Program-made: the position numbers and the translations under genes
DNA from: Diplonema japonicum
Taxonomy: Eukaryota; Protista; Euglenozoa: Diplonemea
Direction: 5' to 3'
Assembly: GCA_964019335.1 (NCBI GenBank)
Contig: OZ025655.1
Span: 62,001-126,000, forward strand
Length of the DNA: 64,000 nucleotides
Shown here: positions 37,901-49,304 of the stretch, piece after piece
Position numbering within the stretch: the stretch's first letter is position 1
Layout: every line of letters begins with the position of its first letter
Notes under the pieces: model-generated
The model's input: only the letters and a program-made list of their open reading frames with translations
Told to the model about the DNA's origin: nothing
The model's database searches: none

Positions 37901-39749
37901 TTTTCCTGCTGCCTTGATTCTCTCCTCGCTTGGACCTAGTATCATTACTGTTCCTTCAGAACCCTCAGGGAGGGAGATAACGTGGCACCTGAACGCTAGT
38001 TCTATCGCTCGTAGAATCGCAGGATCCACCTTGCTGATCGGGTTTGTTACCAGGGTCCCGCCTACAGTACGTGAACCTTCATGAATCTTGAAAAAGAGCT
38101 GACCTTCAAGCAGAGGGACCACGCCAGCCGGGTCACCCATAATGCACACCATGACAGCTGGTCTGCCATCGCGGAGATTGCAGCGCCTCATAGCCACCCT
38201 GCCGAACATCTGCTGCAGTCGTAAAGTGATCGGCGAGAGCCAAGCAGTGGGTATGTCCCCTACCCGCACCATGGTTGAGAGGGACTTGATCGCCCCTTCA
38301 GTTCGTTCTAGAACCCGAGTACCCGAAGCACACTTACTGCAAAGGTCAAAGTCACAAGCAATGCAGTGCAACACTTCCTCGTCGGAAATGCCACTTTTGT
38401 GACACCCTTCGCATTCGACGGACCCCCCACGGTCTTTGTAGGGATTCACTACCCAGCGGCAATCGTGGCCATGTGGGCACTTCCGTACGTTCGACGCGGA
38501 CACCGCAACAGCACCACTGCATAACCCTGTGCTGCATGTGTTGTACGTCTTACTACAAACAGAGGGAGAGAGGTCCAGCCATTCGATGTCCCACCATGAT
38601 GTGATACGCGGCTGCGGGTGTCGTGACGTGAATTCCAGATGCACCTGAGCAAACCTTGCGGTCACGAGGACCCTCAGAATGACAGCCGATCTCCCTGCCA
38701 AGTCCTGCATCCTTGCGTCCCAACCGCACTTCATGTTCTCCATCTCCGAATTATACTGGCGTACGCGTACTGTGTCGCCGTGCTTAAGAGGGAAGCGTTG
38801 CAACTTCTCGTACCATCCGCCAGGAGGGGAGGGGAGCTTAGTGCCCTCCTGGCACTTCACCCACTCGTAGTCAAACCAGCCCACCACCTTGCGGTCATGC
38901 GTGTCATCCACATCTACGTTCTTGAACTTTAGCAGCAGCTGCGCACGGTCCTCGTTGGCAAGGATCCTCTTGACGACGGCCTCCTGCCCACAGAAAAGAA
39001 TCATGTGAGTACTCCAACCGCATCGCTGCCGACTCATTCGTCTGTCGAACTGGTGCGTGGAAACAGTGTCACCCACCTTCAGGGTAGTGTAGTTCTCGTC
39101 AATAGTCTTGTAGGGCCACGTCTCTCCCTCCTCTTCGCCAGGCAGGTCGACGGTGGTGTCGATGGGGGTGATGACGCCAGACGTGTCGATGGCTACGTTA
39201 TCGGAACCCTTGATCCACTGCAGGGCTTCTGGGAACAGCGGCCAGTCGCACTCGATAGGGATTCTTGCGTTGACCTCATTGGCCACTTCGACACTTCTGC
39301 CTTTGAGGGTATTAGCCAGGCGGGGCATGTTGCATTTGGTGCAGTGCATGGCAATGTTTGCCACATCTGCCTGGCACCTAATGCACTTCCATGAAGCTTC
39401 TAAGGTACACCGACACAGCTGACAATCTGTTGCTGTACTGTCGTTGGAAAAGCTGTTGTGTTTGCTGGATTGTGTTCATTGCATACGAGCATTTTGAGCA
39501 ACGACGAGGTTGGTCCACTACGGCGGGCTTCTCGTAACCTTCCGTCTTGCCACCACACAACGTGCAGGTTTGTGCGTCTTGGGGATTCTCGTTACCGCAC
39601 ATTGCGCAGGCTACCGTCACCGCCTCAGCACCCAGCGACGGGATCGGCACAGGTGTGTCTAGCAGACCGAACTGTCTCCTCGGCTCCCTCACCATGGCAT
39701 CTAGGTCCCGCTGCTCAGGGGACTGAAAGGGCTTCTTCTTCGCAGGCAT
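34934..39749 (-). CDS. Large RBR E3 ubiquitin ligase: 3 RanBP2-type ZnF, 2 MIB SH3-like repeats, ZZ, KH-like, MIB/HERC2, RING1-IBR-RING2, ZZ
   Basis: VGDLVVRGPDWEWGDQDGG (MIB/HERC2); CEVC...CGHTTTCIEC...CPSKDC (RING1); RPCPSCGALVHKTGGCNSMTCKCGKKFCHQC (RING2); CCDLCDKYPI...YACANCVNWYVCEEC (ZZ). Intron 39453-39486. Confidence 0.88.
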
Positions 39750-39869
39750 CTCCCCCCCGCCTATAATACTTCTGTTTGAAACACTCTGTCGAAAAATACT
39801 TTTTTGACATTGAAGAATGAAAAGAGGGATGGAGCATGAAGCCCCCAAAAAAAATAACACTACGTGATC

Positions 39870-40830
39870 TCAGTCACTTCCAGTTCTCCCACGGCCGAAT
39901 CGCCTATATGCGTTTGTAGAAAGATTGAGAGTGGTACAACATACCCTGGTACTACCGGTTCCTTGCTGTCCCATTCGACCTTCTTACGCTCCGGACCGCT
40001 TACTTCTTCGGTCTTTTCGATGTGTGTCTTTTCTTTGCGTCCTCCCTCCAATTCACGCTCCTTTCTTCTCTCCCTTTCCCGTTCCTTCTCTCTCTCCCTG
40101 TCCCTTTCCCGCTCCCTGTCGCGTTCTCTGTCACTGTACCGGTTCTTCTCTCGGTACCGTTCTCTCTCTCTCTCCCTGTCTCTGTCTCTCTCTTTTTCTC
40201 TCTCCCTGTCTTTGTCTCTCTCCTTGTCTCTGCTTCTTCTTCTATCTGTGCTTCTGCTTCTGTCCCTCCGCCTTCTGCGCCTCTCCCTGCTGTCCGAACG
40301 TCTCCTTCTCCGCTTCCTGCCCCTACTTCTGCTTCTGCTTTTACTTCTACTGTCGCTGCTTCGCCTCCTTCGCCCCCTATGTTCCCGTGGCTCGTCCCTG
40401 TCACCTTCTTTCACGGTGTCGTCTTTCGCCTCCTTGTGCTCCTTTTCTTGCATCATCTTCAACATCAAGTTGCGTAGCTCCGCTTCACGTTTCTCACCTT
40501 CTCTCCTTTCGATCTGAGCCACGTAGAGACGCAGACCTTTGTAAAGAAGTCCGCTCAGGCGATCCTTCGAGCCATCGGCGGCAGTAAACGTCTTGTACCC
40601 GATCTGTGGGAAAATAACTTGCAGCGTGCAAGTAAACATACCACCACGACGCTTTCGCCGTTGATGACCTCGACATTATGTGTCGCAGCCTCCCCATCTA
40701 TCGTAGCGTGCTCGGGTAGCACATTCTTGCAAAACTCCTCGGCATCCGAGGGGTTAACATCTGAGTGTAGCATGGATTTACTGCTTGTGTGCATACTGTA
40801 TATTCCTAACGTCGGCAGAAGCCTTGACAT
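39870..40830 (-). CDS. RS/RD/RE-rich protein (possible splicing/RNA factor)
   Basis: SRSKSRSRSR and RDKERDRERE repeats. Introns at about 40604-40641 and 39904-39944. Start could also be 40875. Confidence 0.65.
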
Positions 40831-40902
40831 CACTCGCTCATAATGTGGCTCGCACTGAGATGGTTGATGGATCATCAAGATTTAAAGATTTAATACAAAA
40901 CT

Positions 40903-41982
40903 CTAAGATACATAGTCGGTGTCGCCGTACACGCGCGCACGCTGGTCCATGTAGCACAGTTGGCACCATGCGTAGCCAGCGTTACTGGGCCTTGTGTTGC
41001 ACAGCGTGCAGGTACCGTCGTGGGTGCGGTGTGGTTCTGACTTACGCGACTCTTGGTTGCCCGCCTCTACGTGCGCCAAGCAATACCTGCACCATGTTGA
41101 CCCGAAGTTCCGGGGGTTCCTCCCACATACATTACACATTGTCTCCTCCATTTCGGGTGGTGGGGAAGTAGACCGCGGCAACCCACCATTCAGGCACAAA
41201 TCCCTCACCTCCATCAGCAGCCTCCCATACACATTTTCCCCGTAGGCTCCGTTCCCGCCCCACACACCGTCTGGTGACACGTACACCAGCTCCATGTCGC
41301 CGGTGTCCATGAGCCCTGTTCTGATGTCATGGTGCTGGCTGTATTTTGCCTTCAGGGCTTCCATTAAAAGCCGTGTCACGTCTTCGTGTGTCCTAAGCTT
41401 GGAGAACTGCTCCAGCCGCCTGCTTGTCTCTTTCATCTGCTGGATATTAATGGTTTTGCGCAATAGCTCCACATAGCATGTCCCATCGTACTTCATCCCT
41501 TCGATGTAGTGCAGCATGGTGGGCCACACAACGTCCCGGAGCTTGATGGGGTGGTTGCTGATGGGGCTCAGAAAGAGATGCTCGTCGCCGAAATGCAGCT
41601 GAGCTGGTTTGTAGAAGTTCCGTGTGGAGGTAACGGCGGTCTGCATAGGGGGCGGGACGATGTGTAACTCTGACTGGTGTGGTGGCACAAAGGGGAGCAT
41701 GCGTGGCTTGTCCGGAGTGAGGCTGCTTTGCTCCCTCCGAAGGGGAGATATATTCCCCCGCACAAGTGTGTCGTCTCGTCTCACACTTACTGCCCTTCCG
41801 CTGCTCACGTTCTGTAGCTTCCTCACAGTCATGTAGTTCAGTCCTTGCGACCCCAGCCACTTCATGTCCCGCTCAATGTCTATCTCCACCAGGTCGCCGG
41901 CCTTTTCTATTCCTAGCGCTCTGCACAACCCGGCAACATCCGCCGATAGCCCCGCTGCAGCCACAACTTCATCGATGCTCAT
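40903..41982 (-). CDS. NADAR (YbiA/DUF1768) domain protein with SAM-like N-terminus and two C-terminal C4 zinc fingers
   Basis: FLSP...WPTMLHYIEGMKY...LMEALKAKYSQH...LMDTGDMELVYVSPDGVWG...GENVYGRLLMEVR; CNVC...WCRYC and CTLC...WCQLC. Confidence 0.8.
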   Translation of the reverse strand: MSIDEVVAAAGLSADVAGLCRALGIEKAGDLVEIDIERDMKWLGSQGLNYMTVRKLQNVSSGRAVSVRRDDTLVRGNISPLRREQSSLTPDKPRMLPFVPPHQSELHIVPPPMQTAVTSTRNFYKPAQLHFGDEHLFLSPISNHPIKLRDVVWPTMLHYIEGMKYDGTCYVELLRKTINIQQMKETSRRLEQFSKLRTHEDVTRLLMEALKAKYSQHHDIRTGLMDTGDMELVYVSPDGVWGGNGAYGENVYGRLLMEVRDLCLNGGLPRSTSPPPEMEETMCNVCGRNPRNFGSTWCRYCLAHVEAGNQESRKSEPHRTHDGTCTLCNTRPSNAGYAWCQLCYMDQRARVYGDTDYVS

Positions 41983-42057
41983 GTTCGTACCTGAAGAGCT
42001 ATCTTACGACACATACTTGTCATTCAAAACTAGAGTGTAAATATTACTGTTAATTGG

Positions 42058-43504
42058 TCAACCGGTGAGGTAAAGAAGGGCTGTCTGAGGAACGGGTCTC
42101 GTTGTCTTTATGTCGGGGGTGTAAGAGGCCGGACCAGGGGAGCAACTGCTTTTATGAATACTTCGGCCCTGCTTGGGAATCGTTACCGCAGCGCCATCAT
42201 TGGATGAGATACTATAGAAGGGCCCAGGCGACTCCCTTGCCAAAAACCTGGCAGAGCCGTACGGATCACGTCTCTCTTTCGAACGCTGCCACTTAACTCC
42301 CTTCTGAATAACGTTGTTACCCCCAATGCCGTACGTGCCAGGACCAGGGCCCTCAGCCACTGATTGGTCTGGCCTTGTTGCATGAGCAACCGAGACCCCT
42401 TTAGCGGTGTTTTTCATCTCAGGATGATACGCATTAGGTGCGGGTCCTGTATTGTTCTTTCCTTCATCTTTCCTACCCGAACGGAAATTCGGGAGCCCTT
42501 TTACAGATTTCTTCAAAAAGTTATGTGCCGTCTCGATGTCGTACCCTGCCGGCCCTGGTGAACTATCTTGAACAAAAATGGGCATCCTTGCTGCCTTTGA
42601 GAACAACCCGCCCTTTTTGCTCTTAACTGAGAGCACCGGTGTTTCAGGGGTTGGTCGGCAAGGCCCCCCTTTCAGGGAATCGTACTTCCCCCGTTGCGAC
42701 ACGGAAAAGGTAATTCCTTTGTTTCTCGAAGAGGCCTGCGAGTTGTTATACGCTCCGGGCCCAGGACACGGGCCACCGCTAGCCTGATGCGACCTCGCCG
42801 CCTTAGGGAATGAAACACCCCCTCGTTCATTGAACGAAGAGACTTGCCCCTCAAAAGGTGCATTATTGGATCTGGACTTCTCTTCATATGGTAGCTTCCT
42901 CTGTGAAGTCCCCCCCAACCCCCACCTGGGCTTTTGTGATGTGAACGTCATGTCCCTCTGATACGTAGTAGGCCCAGGGCCCAAGTCAACCTTCTCTCGT
43001 CGTATGTCTCTTGTGAATCCAACACGAGGTCCCGATATCAGTGCTGGATCGACAGGCGTGTACATTCTGTGAAACATGCCGTTCGTGTGAAATCATACCC
43101 GGGGCCGGGAACACCTTGGGCATGTTCGTACAGCGGCTTTCTCTTACTAGAGCTGAACTGCATGTTCAGCTGCTTGTTCCTATATTCATTTGACAGTGAG
43201 TACAAAGCGGGTCCTGGATGCTGATCGTAGGCCTGTTGTATTGGACTTGTCAACATCAACATACTGCTCCTGTGGACAGACATCCATTGAACCGTTGGGC
43301 TTTGGGGATAAACCCACCTATGCTCGAGTGCTCGCAGCTAGCATCGTGTGCACCTGGCCCCGGGGACACTGCGTTCCGCTGCTCGTCATCTATCCACGCA
43401 TGAGGTGCGTGGTAGGCAACTGGCTGAGGCACGCCAGGAGGCCTTGCGCTTCCTGCAGAACCTGGTCGGCTGTATTGCGAGTTCGCTGTTGCCGGGCGCG
43501 CCAT
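42058..43504 (-). CDS. SHIPPO-1/ODF3 (PGPGxY) repeat flagellar protein
   Basis: About ten PGP(G/A)xY repeats; two tiny introns (about 43231-43265 and 43067-43098). Confidence 0.82.
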
Positions 43505-43544
43505 GCCTGTGTGCGTATGAGTACGTGAATGCAAAGTAAAAAAA

Positions 43545-44537
43545 CTATTGCCCCCTACACTCCTTGCACTTCCGCGAAACCTTAAAGTTCTTGTGGTGGT
43601 GAAACTCTTGTTCACCAGCATCGCAGATCCACTGCTGCTTGCACTGCGTGCACACCGTGTCCAAATCATCGAAGTACACAGCATCGGCAAACGTGTCCAT
43701 GTTGTGCTCGACAACAGTGTTGATCTTGCCCCTTGCCGCCTTGCGAGCCGTGGGGTACTTGCTGAGCAGGTGCCTGCCGTGTCTGTCTGCATATCGGATA
43801 GGAGAAGGCTCAGACAGACCAGACGCGCAGCACATGTCAATGATGGAGATGGCGGTGCGTATGTCGACGCTGTGCCCCACTGAGATGAACTTAGGCTTCC
43901 TGGACTTCGCTGGCGAGTCTGCTCTGTACGCGACACCAAGAAGCTCACCGCTTTTGGTCTTGAGCTTCCTCAGCCTGCCCCTGATGGGTAGTGACGGGTC
44001 TTTCGGGATCGGGTCACTCGCATCGGCATCGTTCAACCCACTCACACAAAGCAGCTTCTTCGCAACCCCGATGGTCGGGATACCCAATTGTACGCCTAGG
44101 TGCGAGGCAAGGCCACATTTTCGTGAATGCAAGATACCATTTCCGTCCACAAGCACAACATCAGGGTAGACATTACTGTGCTTCTCTTTGATGTATGTCA
44201 GTACTTTTTTGAGTGGCTCCACCTCACGGAAGGCAAGGAAGTTTGGGATGTAAGGCTCCCTCAAAATCGTTGCCATGTAAAATTGTGCAAGCACACGTGG
44301 CTTTTTCTTCCCAGCAGCGTACTCCATAATGACAACAGCAGCTAACGTGTCAGCATCGTCGTCACCGCTGGGCAACTTCCTTGGCGCGTCTCTCGGGAAG
44401 GACAAGTCCACCCCCGCAACCCTTACGGACTCACCTGCTACCACCCTCTCTCGCAGTCCAGTGTCATCTTTAGTGGATACCTGTGCCGCCAGTTGCACCT
44501 GTATCTTCTTCCATTTCTCTTCCAAATCGCGAGACAT
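43545..44537 (-). CDS. ENDOV: Endonuclease V with a C-terminal zinc ribbon
   Basis: VAGVDLSF, PYIPNFLAFRE, VLVDGNGILHSRKCGLASHLG, PTIGVAK, FISVGH, PIRYAD; tail CTQC...AGEQEF...KCKECR. Confidence 0.9.
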   Translation of the reverse strand: MSRDLEEKWKKIQVQLAAQVSTKDDTGLRERVVAGESVRVAGVDLSFPRDAPRKLPSGDDDADTLAAVVIMEYAAGKKKPRVLAQFYMATILREPYIPNFLAFREVEPLKKVLTYIKEKHSNVYPDVVLVDGNGILHSRKCGLASHLGVQLGIPTIGVAKKLLCVSGLNDADASDPIPKDPSLPIRGRLRKLKTKSGELLGVAYRADSPAKSRKPKFISVGHSVDIRTAISIIDMCCASGLSEPSPIRYADRHGRHLLSKYPTARKAARGKINTVVEHNMDTFADAVYFDDLDTVCTQCKQQWICDAGEQEFHHHKNFKVSRKCKECRGQ

Positions 44538-44581
44538 ACTAATACCTTTGATGTGTTGCAATACAAGGTTCTGAACAGACA

Positions 44582-45742
44582 CTAAGCCCTTCTGTCCACA
44601 TGCAACACATCAGTGTGCCGCGCTGGGAAAAGCATGAAAGACCCGAGTGCGTCTTTCACCAAATAAAAAGCATCCAACGGAGGAAGGGTGATATCACAAT
44701 TCTTACAGGAACGCCTACCATTCAGAAAATGGAGGCTGCGGGGGTAGAGTGCAGTAGTGTTGTACGCTCGAGGTGTGCAACATGCTGTAGGCTGTCTTGA
44801 CTCGTACGATGTGTAAATTAATGAGGAAAGTCTGGCTAGCTCCTCAAACATGTAGTATTTAAAGTTGTGTGGAAAGATCTCGATGACAGCAGACCCAGGA
44901 ACCATGGCAACAATGCTTGCAAGCCCAGCACCGTGTGCTCCCATGAGGACAGAAGTCTTCACTAACACTTCGAGCTGATTCTTGTAGGTGCCGCCTTCGA
45001 ACTCCACGACGGTGACTGTCACTGCAGGGAGACGTCCGGAGAGATATGCAGAAATGGCGTGTTCCTGGAACCTTCTGTTTTTCTTCCGCCTGAGAATTGT
45101 GACAGCGTGAGTAGGGGCGGGGTACAGAGTGACTTGCGTCACAGACAGAAGCGATTTACGAAAGGACGGAACGTGCTTCGGAGAACTGAACCACCGCCAT
45201 TTAGGACGGGGTATGACAGTAGAGTAGCAAGCACGGTCAGCGAGTGAGTGAGGGTAGACAAGCTGCGTAGAAAGCCCCATTGTCTTTGATAAGTGAATAG
45301 TAGCAGTGTACCATATAAGGATCAAGTCACGGAACAACGTGGTAGCTTGTGTAGGGTGCGCACAGGGGTGCGAAAAGATGATGTGTGTCACGCGGACACC
45401 CTCTTGAAGCAGCGAAGCAACGATAGCGGCATCCTTGTTAAGATGGCCCATAGCACACCCATCGTCGGCAAAATATACCACACCTTCTTCTACATTGTCC
45501 ACACTCTCTGCTGGTACCAGCTGCCTGTGCACCTTTCCCTTCCTGTTCACGATGCACATCCTCCCCCTCTTCCCCTCGACACTTGTGTTCAAGAACACTC
45601 CCTCATCATCACGTACAAATCCAATCACGTCTTCCTTTTCCTCACCTTCCCGTGGCCCACAAGAACCGCCCAAACCACCATACGACACAACAGCTACATA
45701 GAAAGCGGTTAGCAAGATAACGAAGAAGAGCGGCAACCTCAT
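44582..45742 (-). CDS. Glycosyltransferase family 61 (DUF563), type II membrane
   Basis: N-terminal TM; VTILRR..NRRF; QLEVLVKTSVLMGAHGAGLASIVAMVPGSAVIEIFP. Confidence 0.85.
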   Translation of the reverse strand: MRLPLFFVILLTAFYVAVVSYGGLGGSCGPREGEEKEDVIGFVRDDEGVFLNTSVEGKRGRMCIVNRKGKVHRQLVPAESVDNVEEGVVYFADDGCAMGHLNKDAAIVASLLQEGVRVTHIIFSHPCAHPTQATTLFRDLILIWYTATIHLSKTMGLSTQLVYPHSLADRACYSTVIPRPKWRWFSSPKHVPSFRKSLLSVTQVTLYPAPTHAVTILRRKKNRRFQEHAISAYLSGRLPAVTVTVVEFEGGTYKNQLEVLVKTSVLMGAHGAGLASIVAMVPGSAVIEIFPHNFKYYMFEELARLSSLIYTSYESRQPTACCTPRAYNTTALYPRSLHFLNGRRSCKNCDITLPPLDAFYLVKDALGSFMLFPARHTDVLHVDRRA

Positions 45743-45840
45743 CCTGAATAGGTAAAAGGGTTTCGAATAATATTCAATGTAGTAATATAAGGGTAAAAAA
45801 ATACACTTCCTTTCCTTGCGTTAAGAGCTCACTGTGATGT

Positions 45841-47221
45841 TCAGACAGGGTTGATGTTCTCACTCTGTAGGAGCTCCTTCTGCTTTCTGGCGTAGTTGTA
45901 GGAGTCGACAAGGTCGGCGGAGGGCATGACACCGAGCTCCATGGGGAAGCCGATCCTAGATCTGCTGACCAGCTGGCATTCATCCCAAGAGAGTTGCGAG
46001 ACGTCTTCGTTCTCTTTTGGAACGAAAGTGGGGAAGGGCGGCGCACCGAAGAAGTAGTCGAATTTCCTCACAGCGCAGTCTTGCAGGGTTACATAGCTTC
46101 CCATTGGACCCGGCACCTTACCCAGGAGGTATATCAACTGATTCTTGTAGTCTACCCTCCACACCCATTGAGCGTTGTGCGTCCGTTGCAGCCCCCCCAT
46201 GTGCCCAGGCATCCTCTTCCCCTTTACGACCCTCCCCTGCGCCTCACCCGAAGATAGCGACCCAGGTCGTCTATGCCACGCGGCACTCCTTTGCGGTCCG
46301 TACCTCCCGGGACCACCTGTGAAGCCCCAACGCTTCATTACACCTTGGAAACCCCTCTCGATTGTACGCGACACGGTGGTCATCTATTTGTTAGTTGAAA
46401 TATTTAAAACTTAAAATAATACCAGCTGCCCAGGGACCCAGTGGCGCACGTCCAGCTTTGTGCCGATAGGAACGAACGCGTCTTCAGTAATCTTGAAGCT
46501 CTTGGAGACGTCCTTGATGGGGACACCAGCCTCAATGCAAATGTCCTTCAGCATTGGATGGGTTCGTAGGGTGGAGTTGTGTGCCCCGACAGTGACGGCA
46601 GAATGGCCGTCGCTCTCTTTGGTTAAGTGGCCGATAACGTGCTGGTCGGGGCACCAGATGATGGTTGCGTTGAAGATGTTGCCATAGTCGTCTATTTGCG
46701 TGGACTTCCCAACCTTAACACCGATCATTCCAGAGCGCCGAGAGAAGTCGAAGTCGTACTGCCCGAAAGGGGTCGGGGTCAGGTCCCATTTGAGCTCAGG
46801 GTGGTTGTGGTTCTGCTTGTGGTGGTATGCAGCAAAATCTCTATCCACCTCTGAAGCAGTTCCTGCTACTTCATGCGACCCGATTCCCGGGTCACTCGAC
46901 CACAGCGGCGACTGCACCTTCCCACCAGGGTACAGAAAACCCCAAGGGTTCTGCGCAACAGATGTGAAACGCATGTTGTCCCTATGAAAAAACCCTTTGT
47001 CAGGACCGTATCTCTGTGCCCACGAGAACGGCTCATGCGGCGCTTTGTTCCACCATTCGCTTGGCAACGCAGGTCTTGTGATCTGAAAGAAAAAATGGGG
47101 GAAGGGACTATGATGAATTGCATACTCTGAACGAACGTTGTGTGTGCGGGTGTGCGTTATATCTCTTCTGCTTTGCTACCTTCGAGCTAGCCACCTTCCC
47201 GTGACCGTGACGCATCATCAT
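45841..47221 (-). CDS. MRPL3: Mitochondrial ribosomal protein uL3m with N-terminal extension
   Basis: RRSGMIGVKVG, HWVPGQL|MTTVSRTIERGFQGVMKRWGF, HRRPGS, GRVVKGKRMPGHMG, GKVPGP. Introns at about 47083-47125 and 46384-46422. Confidence 0.88.
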
Positions 47222-47338
47222 TGTACCCCACCTGTCGAAACTGAACAGTCTTCTTGAAAAATAACTGCGGAGCTGCACCAAAATGTGTGTACCGTATAAT
47301 AAAATACAACGAATAGTTCATGAAGCGTAAGTACAACA

Positions 47339-47608
47339 TTATGAATTGACCCCCTGGCCTACGTCGATGCCTATGTGGGTGGAGTTAGGCGACAGGTCAG
47401 GGGAGATGGTTGGGGTACGAGACCAGAGCTTCGGGAGAGCCATCATGTGCCCGTGGTACTTGACCTGTGTCGTGGTGCCAAAAGCGCCTATTCATACCGG
47501 TGGCAGATTGAACTGGATGGGCCCAGGTGTTCCATGGATCCCGAAACTCGGTTCAGGCAGCGCCGTGCCTGCCTTTGGCAACGGCTTGCTATTGACTATC
47601 TTCACCAT
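47339..47608 (-). CDS. Small 78-aa hypothetical protein (2 exons)
   Basis: MVKIVNSKPLPKAG...FNLPP|VKYHGHMM...GVNS*; consensus intron GTATGA...GACACAG at 47465-47497. Confidence 0.6.
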
Positions 47609-47683
47609 ATATAGTGTTTTGTGTAACCTGAAGTGGCGTGTATTCATTGCAGTACGTTGCAACAAAACTTCGAAACACATTGC

Positions 47684-49226
47684 TCACTCGACCTTAGGGT
47701 TGTAGGCCAGATCGAAAGAGCCCCGCAGCTGGCCGAAGCTGAGCGCCGCGCTCGCTATTAAGAAATACATGCAACTGTGGAAATGAGTTATTAGCAAGAA
47801 CAAACAATGAATACCTCAGAGACGTTATGAGCATGGTCCACAAGTCGGGGAGGTGGGCGGGGGGTGCAACGGTGGCATGGATCACATGCGCGGTGAGCAT
47901 CGTGAGAAGCACGAAGTGCCAACATAGACGCCACCTCTTGTGGCTGTGGCAAATTAACTCGCAGGCCCCGACGGTGGCCAGCATGAGAGCTGTGTACAGC
48001 ACCTGAAGGTTGTCCTTCACCACCAGTGGGAACATCGAGAACATTGCAACGGCAGTCAAGACTGTCACAGCACGTGCCGTGTGGTGCGAATTTCTGCTCT
48101 TTGGTGTGGCAACAGGCAGCAGTGCAGCCATGATGATAGGGAACATAACGCTCTTCTCGTGAACCTGGAACGAAAACAGATAAAATGACGAAGCGGAAAT
48201 TACAAGCGCAGCCACCCACGGCCCACTGCTGTAGCTCCTTCTGAAGCAACACAAGCAACCCGGAATTAGCGTCAGCAGCGTGCAGCCCGTCGCCACCTTC
48301 AGCATTGTCTCTACCTCAAGCATCTTCTGCAACTTCACAACCAGAGACAACGTGCACCACACATTAGCAACCTTATCCTCAAAAACGCCCCTTGCGAATG
48401 GAAACATCCTATGCACCACATGCCCCGCACCTTCGATGTCACCCAACCAGGGGTAGAAAATAAGGCACACTGTGGCAACAACTACCAGACCAGTGGTCAG
48501 CACATTTCCTACTCCTTGTGAGAGTCCTTCAGACATGCACAGCGATAGGATCCCGAAAAACATCGCAGGTGCGTAATACAACCCAATTTGTTTGAAGAGG
48601 AATGATGCTGTGAAGAAGAAGCTGCCCAGCAAATACTTATGTCTTGCAATGCACCCCACCGCAGCGAGGGCCAAGCCAAAGCACACGGTGTTGTACTGGA
48701 AGTGGCCGTGATCGATGAGCAGCACACAGGGGTGCAGCCATAAGAGTGCCAAAGCATCAATCTTCGCCGTTGTGGGAGCCTTCACATGAGCTACACCGTT
48801 AACGGCATACCACGCAGCAGGCATGTAGATCAAGAGCTCGGAGAAAAGCACTGAGAGCTTCATGAATATCTTGCTGTTGTACTCCTCGTGACCTCGGCTG
48901 GTGTGCAGTTCGAAGGCTTCCGGCACAATCCACTTCCCTACGCGGCCCAACACATACGAGTGATACGCCGTAACAGGGGGGTAGTCTAATCCCCAGTACT
49001 GCAGGTCGTTATCTTCACCGTGCACGTACCACTCGCTCGTCGGTAGTGCTGTGGTGATCTCCATCCAATGCCTCTGCGCCTCGTAATCACCATACATAGG
49101 CGGCTTCCCCTGCCCGGAGTGCGGGTGCATAATAATCATACACCGTACAGTGACCGCAACCACTAGCAACAGCATGACGATCCATCTCTTGTTCCGTTCC
49201 AAAGTCTCCTGTTCATTAGCCTTCAT
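47684..49226 (-). CDS. ALG6: Dolichyl-P-Glc alpha-1,3-glucosyltransferase ALG6
   Basis: HSGQGKPPMYGDYEAQRHWMEIT, YWGLDYPP, LIDHGHFQYN, RMFPFARGVFEDKVANVW, FLFSFQVHEKS. Intron 47775-47814; ends ...NPKVE*. Confidence 0.93.
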
Positions 49227-49304
49227 CTTGCGTCTGTGTATTATATGAGAAGTGCGAAACATTTAAAATAATTGAATTATGAGAGATTGCAGCCATCAAG
49301 TGTA

